The notes under the pieces are model-generated. The model did no database searches. It saw only the letters and a list, made by a program, of their open reading frames with translations, and was not told the DNA's origin. DNA of 64,000 bases from Parasphingorhabdus sp. (GTDB lineage: Bacteria > Pseudomonadota > Gammaproteobacteria > Arenicellales > CAJQKF01), in contig JBLHGU010000003.1 in NCBI GenBank assembly GCA_047615875.1, forward strand, positions 8,476 to 72,475. The letters are read 5' to 3'. Positions 62,864 to 64,000 of the stretch are shown piece by piece; positions within the stretch are counted from its first letter, which is position 1; each line of letters begins with the position of its first letter. The position numbers were made by a program, and so were the translations under genes.

Positions 62864-64000
62864 CTAGACTGGCTGCATTGCAGCCTGAGCGCAATAACAA
62901 GATGCACCAACTGGCAGATCCGAGCGAGCTGCGGCTAGTTCGAGGCACTGGCGAATCATCCTCGCCTCCGCTGTGTCACCGGCTCCGCGCCGGAGTAGGC
63001 ATTCGTCGAGACCCTTGAGACTCCAGATGTTATTCGGATGGATGCAAGCGCGAGGTAGATCGCCGGCGAGGCCAAGATCCTCTCGATAGGCTTGTTCTGC
63101 CTGCTCCACTTGGCCTTGTTCCAGCGACAGGGCGCCGAGTGCATGGCGAACCGGCTGTATCCAGCCCCAGGGCTCGTCATAGGGCAGCGCATCTTCCAGT
63201 TCAATGGCCTTCTTGAGGTGGGAGAAGGCGATGTCGTGATTCCCCTTCCGGTACTCCAATTCGCCGTCCAGCATTTGCTCGGCTATATCGAGCAGGTCGA
63301 TACAGCGGTTGTTGTGGATATAGCGGCTGTCTGCCACGTTGGCGCGCGTCTCAAAGAACTTCACTCGTTCCGCCTCCGACTCAGCCACTTCACTCAATGC
63401 GGCGTGGGCCACGGCTTTTGCGTAGTGCAGAGCCGCTGTGGTGTGGCAGTAAAGACTCTGATCCTGGGGCAGCGGCTCAGCGATAATGTCGCGCCAACGG
63501 CCAAAGCGAATCTGTACATGGGTCTTCATGGAGATATAGCCCTCCAGAAAATCGGCCATGGGCGGGCTTTCCTGCTTCAACAACTCCACCGGAATCTCAG
63601 TAATCATCTCTTCAGCTGCAGCCATGGCCGGTTCGTACTGACCGAGAAACATCGCACCGTAGATGGCGAAATGATAGTTGTGGACGCGATAAGCTGTGTA
63701 GAAGTTCATTCGTCCCTCACGCTCAGCGATCTTTAGATCAGCCTCGATGCCCTTCTGGTTCCAGTGTAGTGAATCACGGTATTCACCGCACTGAATGTCG
63801 ATATGCGTCGGCATGTGAATCAAGTGTCCGGCGTCAGGCACCAATTCGCGCAAGCGATCACCAGCCATGAGTGCTTTTTCCGGGGTCGGCGACATTTCCA
63901 TCAGATGGACATAGAGGTGAAGGATGCCGGGGTGGACGTGACCCGCAGCAGTATCGACAAATCTTTCCAGCACCTTCTGCGCTTCGATCGTGCCGGCACC
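62864..64000 (-). CDS. TPR-like helical repeat protein (tentatively TTC38-like). The 5' end is outside the window.
   Basis: The frame stays open to position 64000 (…GAGTIEAQKVLERFVDTAAGH…), so the ATG at 63973 is probably internal. Motif HMP(T/S)HI...G.Y is present. GC content is clearly higher than the rest of the window. Confidence 0.7.
   Translation of the reverse strand, partial: GAGTIEAQKVLERFVDTAAGHVHPGILHLYVHLMEMSPTPEKALMAGDRLRELVPDAGHLIHMPTHIDIQCGEYRDSLHWNQKGIEADLKIAEREGRMNFYTAYRVHNYHFAIYGAMFLGQYEPAMAAAEEMITEIPVELLKQESPPMADFLEGYISMKTHVQIRFGRWRDIIAEPLPQDQSLYCHTTAALHYAKAVAHAALSEVAESEAERVKFFETRANVADSRYIHNNRCIDLLDIAEQMLDGELEYRKGNHDIAFSHLKKAIELEDALPYDEPWGWIQPVRHALGALSLEQGQVEQAEQAYREDLGLAGDLPRACIHPNNIWSLKGLDECLLRRGAGDTAEARMIRQCLELAAARSDLPVGASCYCAQAAMQPV

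Overview
This is a 64 kb chromosomal segment, apparently from a roughly 42-45% GC gammaproteobacterium. Gene content and synteny support this: rsmI<>lpoA-yraN-dolP, mrcA<>pilMNOPQ-aroK-aroB, and prk<>cbbR (the last suggests a Calvin-cycle autotroph). I found no rRNA, tRNA, CRISPR array, transposase or integrase. From 1 to 42.8 kb the window is mostly housekeeping: a PstS-like binding protein, bcp, panB, sixA, cysG, prk/cbbR, rppH, envelope genes, the type IV pilus secretin operon, aroKB, pyrF and hemE. Some poorly understood modules are mixed in: a pore-less voltage-sensor-like membrane protein after sixA, a MoxR-type AAA+ ATPase paired with an HExxH+VWA protein, an orphan PilT-like ATPase, and a ferredoxin-reductase/cysG/Rieske/Fe-S cluster. 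From 42.9 kb to the window end is an accessory-looking region. It holds many small stress or detoxification-type enzymes (SnoaL-like, DJ-1/PfpI, methyltransferase, 2 of the window's 3 GFA genes, PhzF, RidA, NIPSNAP, LysE, GNAT, homocysteine S-methyltransferase, MOSC, redoxin, MsrA, cupin). These are interleaved with an expanded family of large signalling proteins that share a COG5616/TolB-N-like + TPR sensor module. That module is fused to either a class III nucleotidyl cyclase (3 copies in the window) or a BTAD/SARP DNA-binding domain (1 copy). There is also a SAM-cyclase-STAND-TPR giant. I found at least five reading-frame lesions by hand translation (three frameshifts, two in-frame stops), all in accessory or paralogous genes. 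The last ~1.1 kb is clearly more GC-rich. All family assignments come from motif recognition by eye; I ran no searches.
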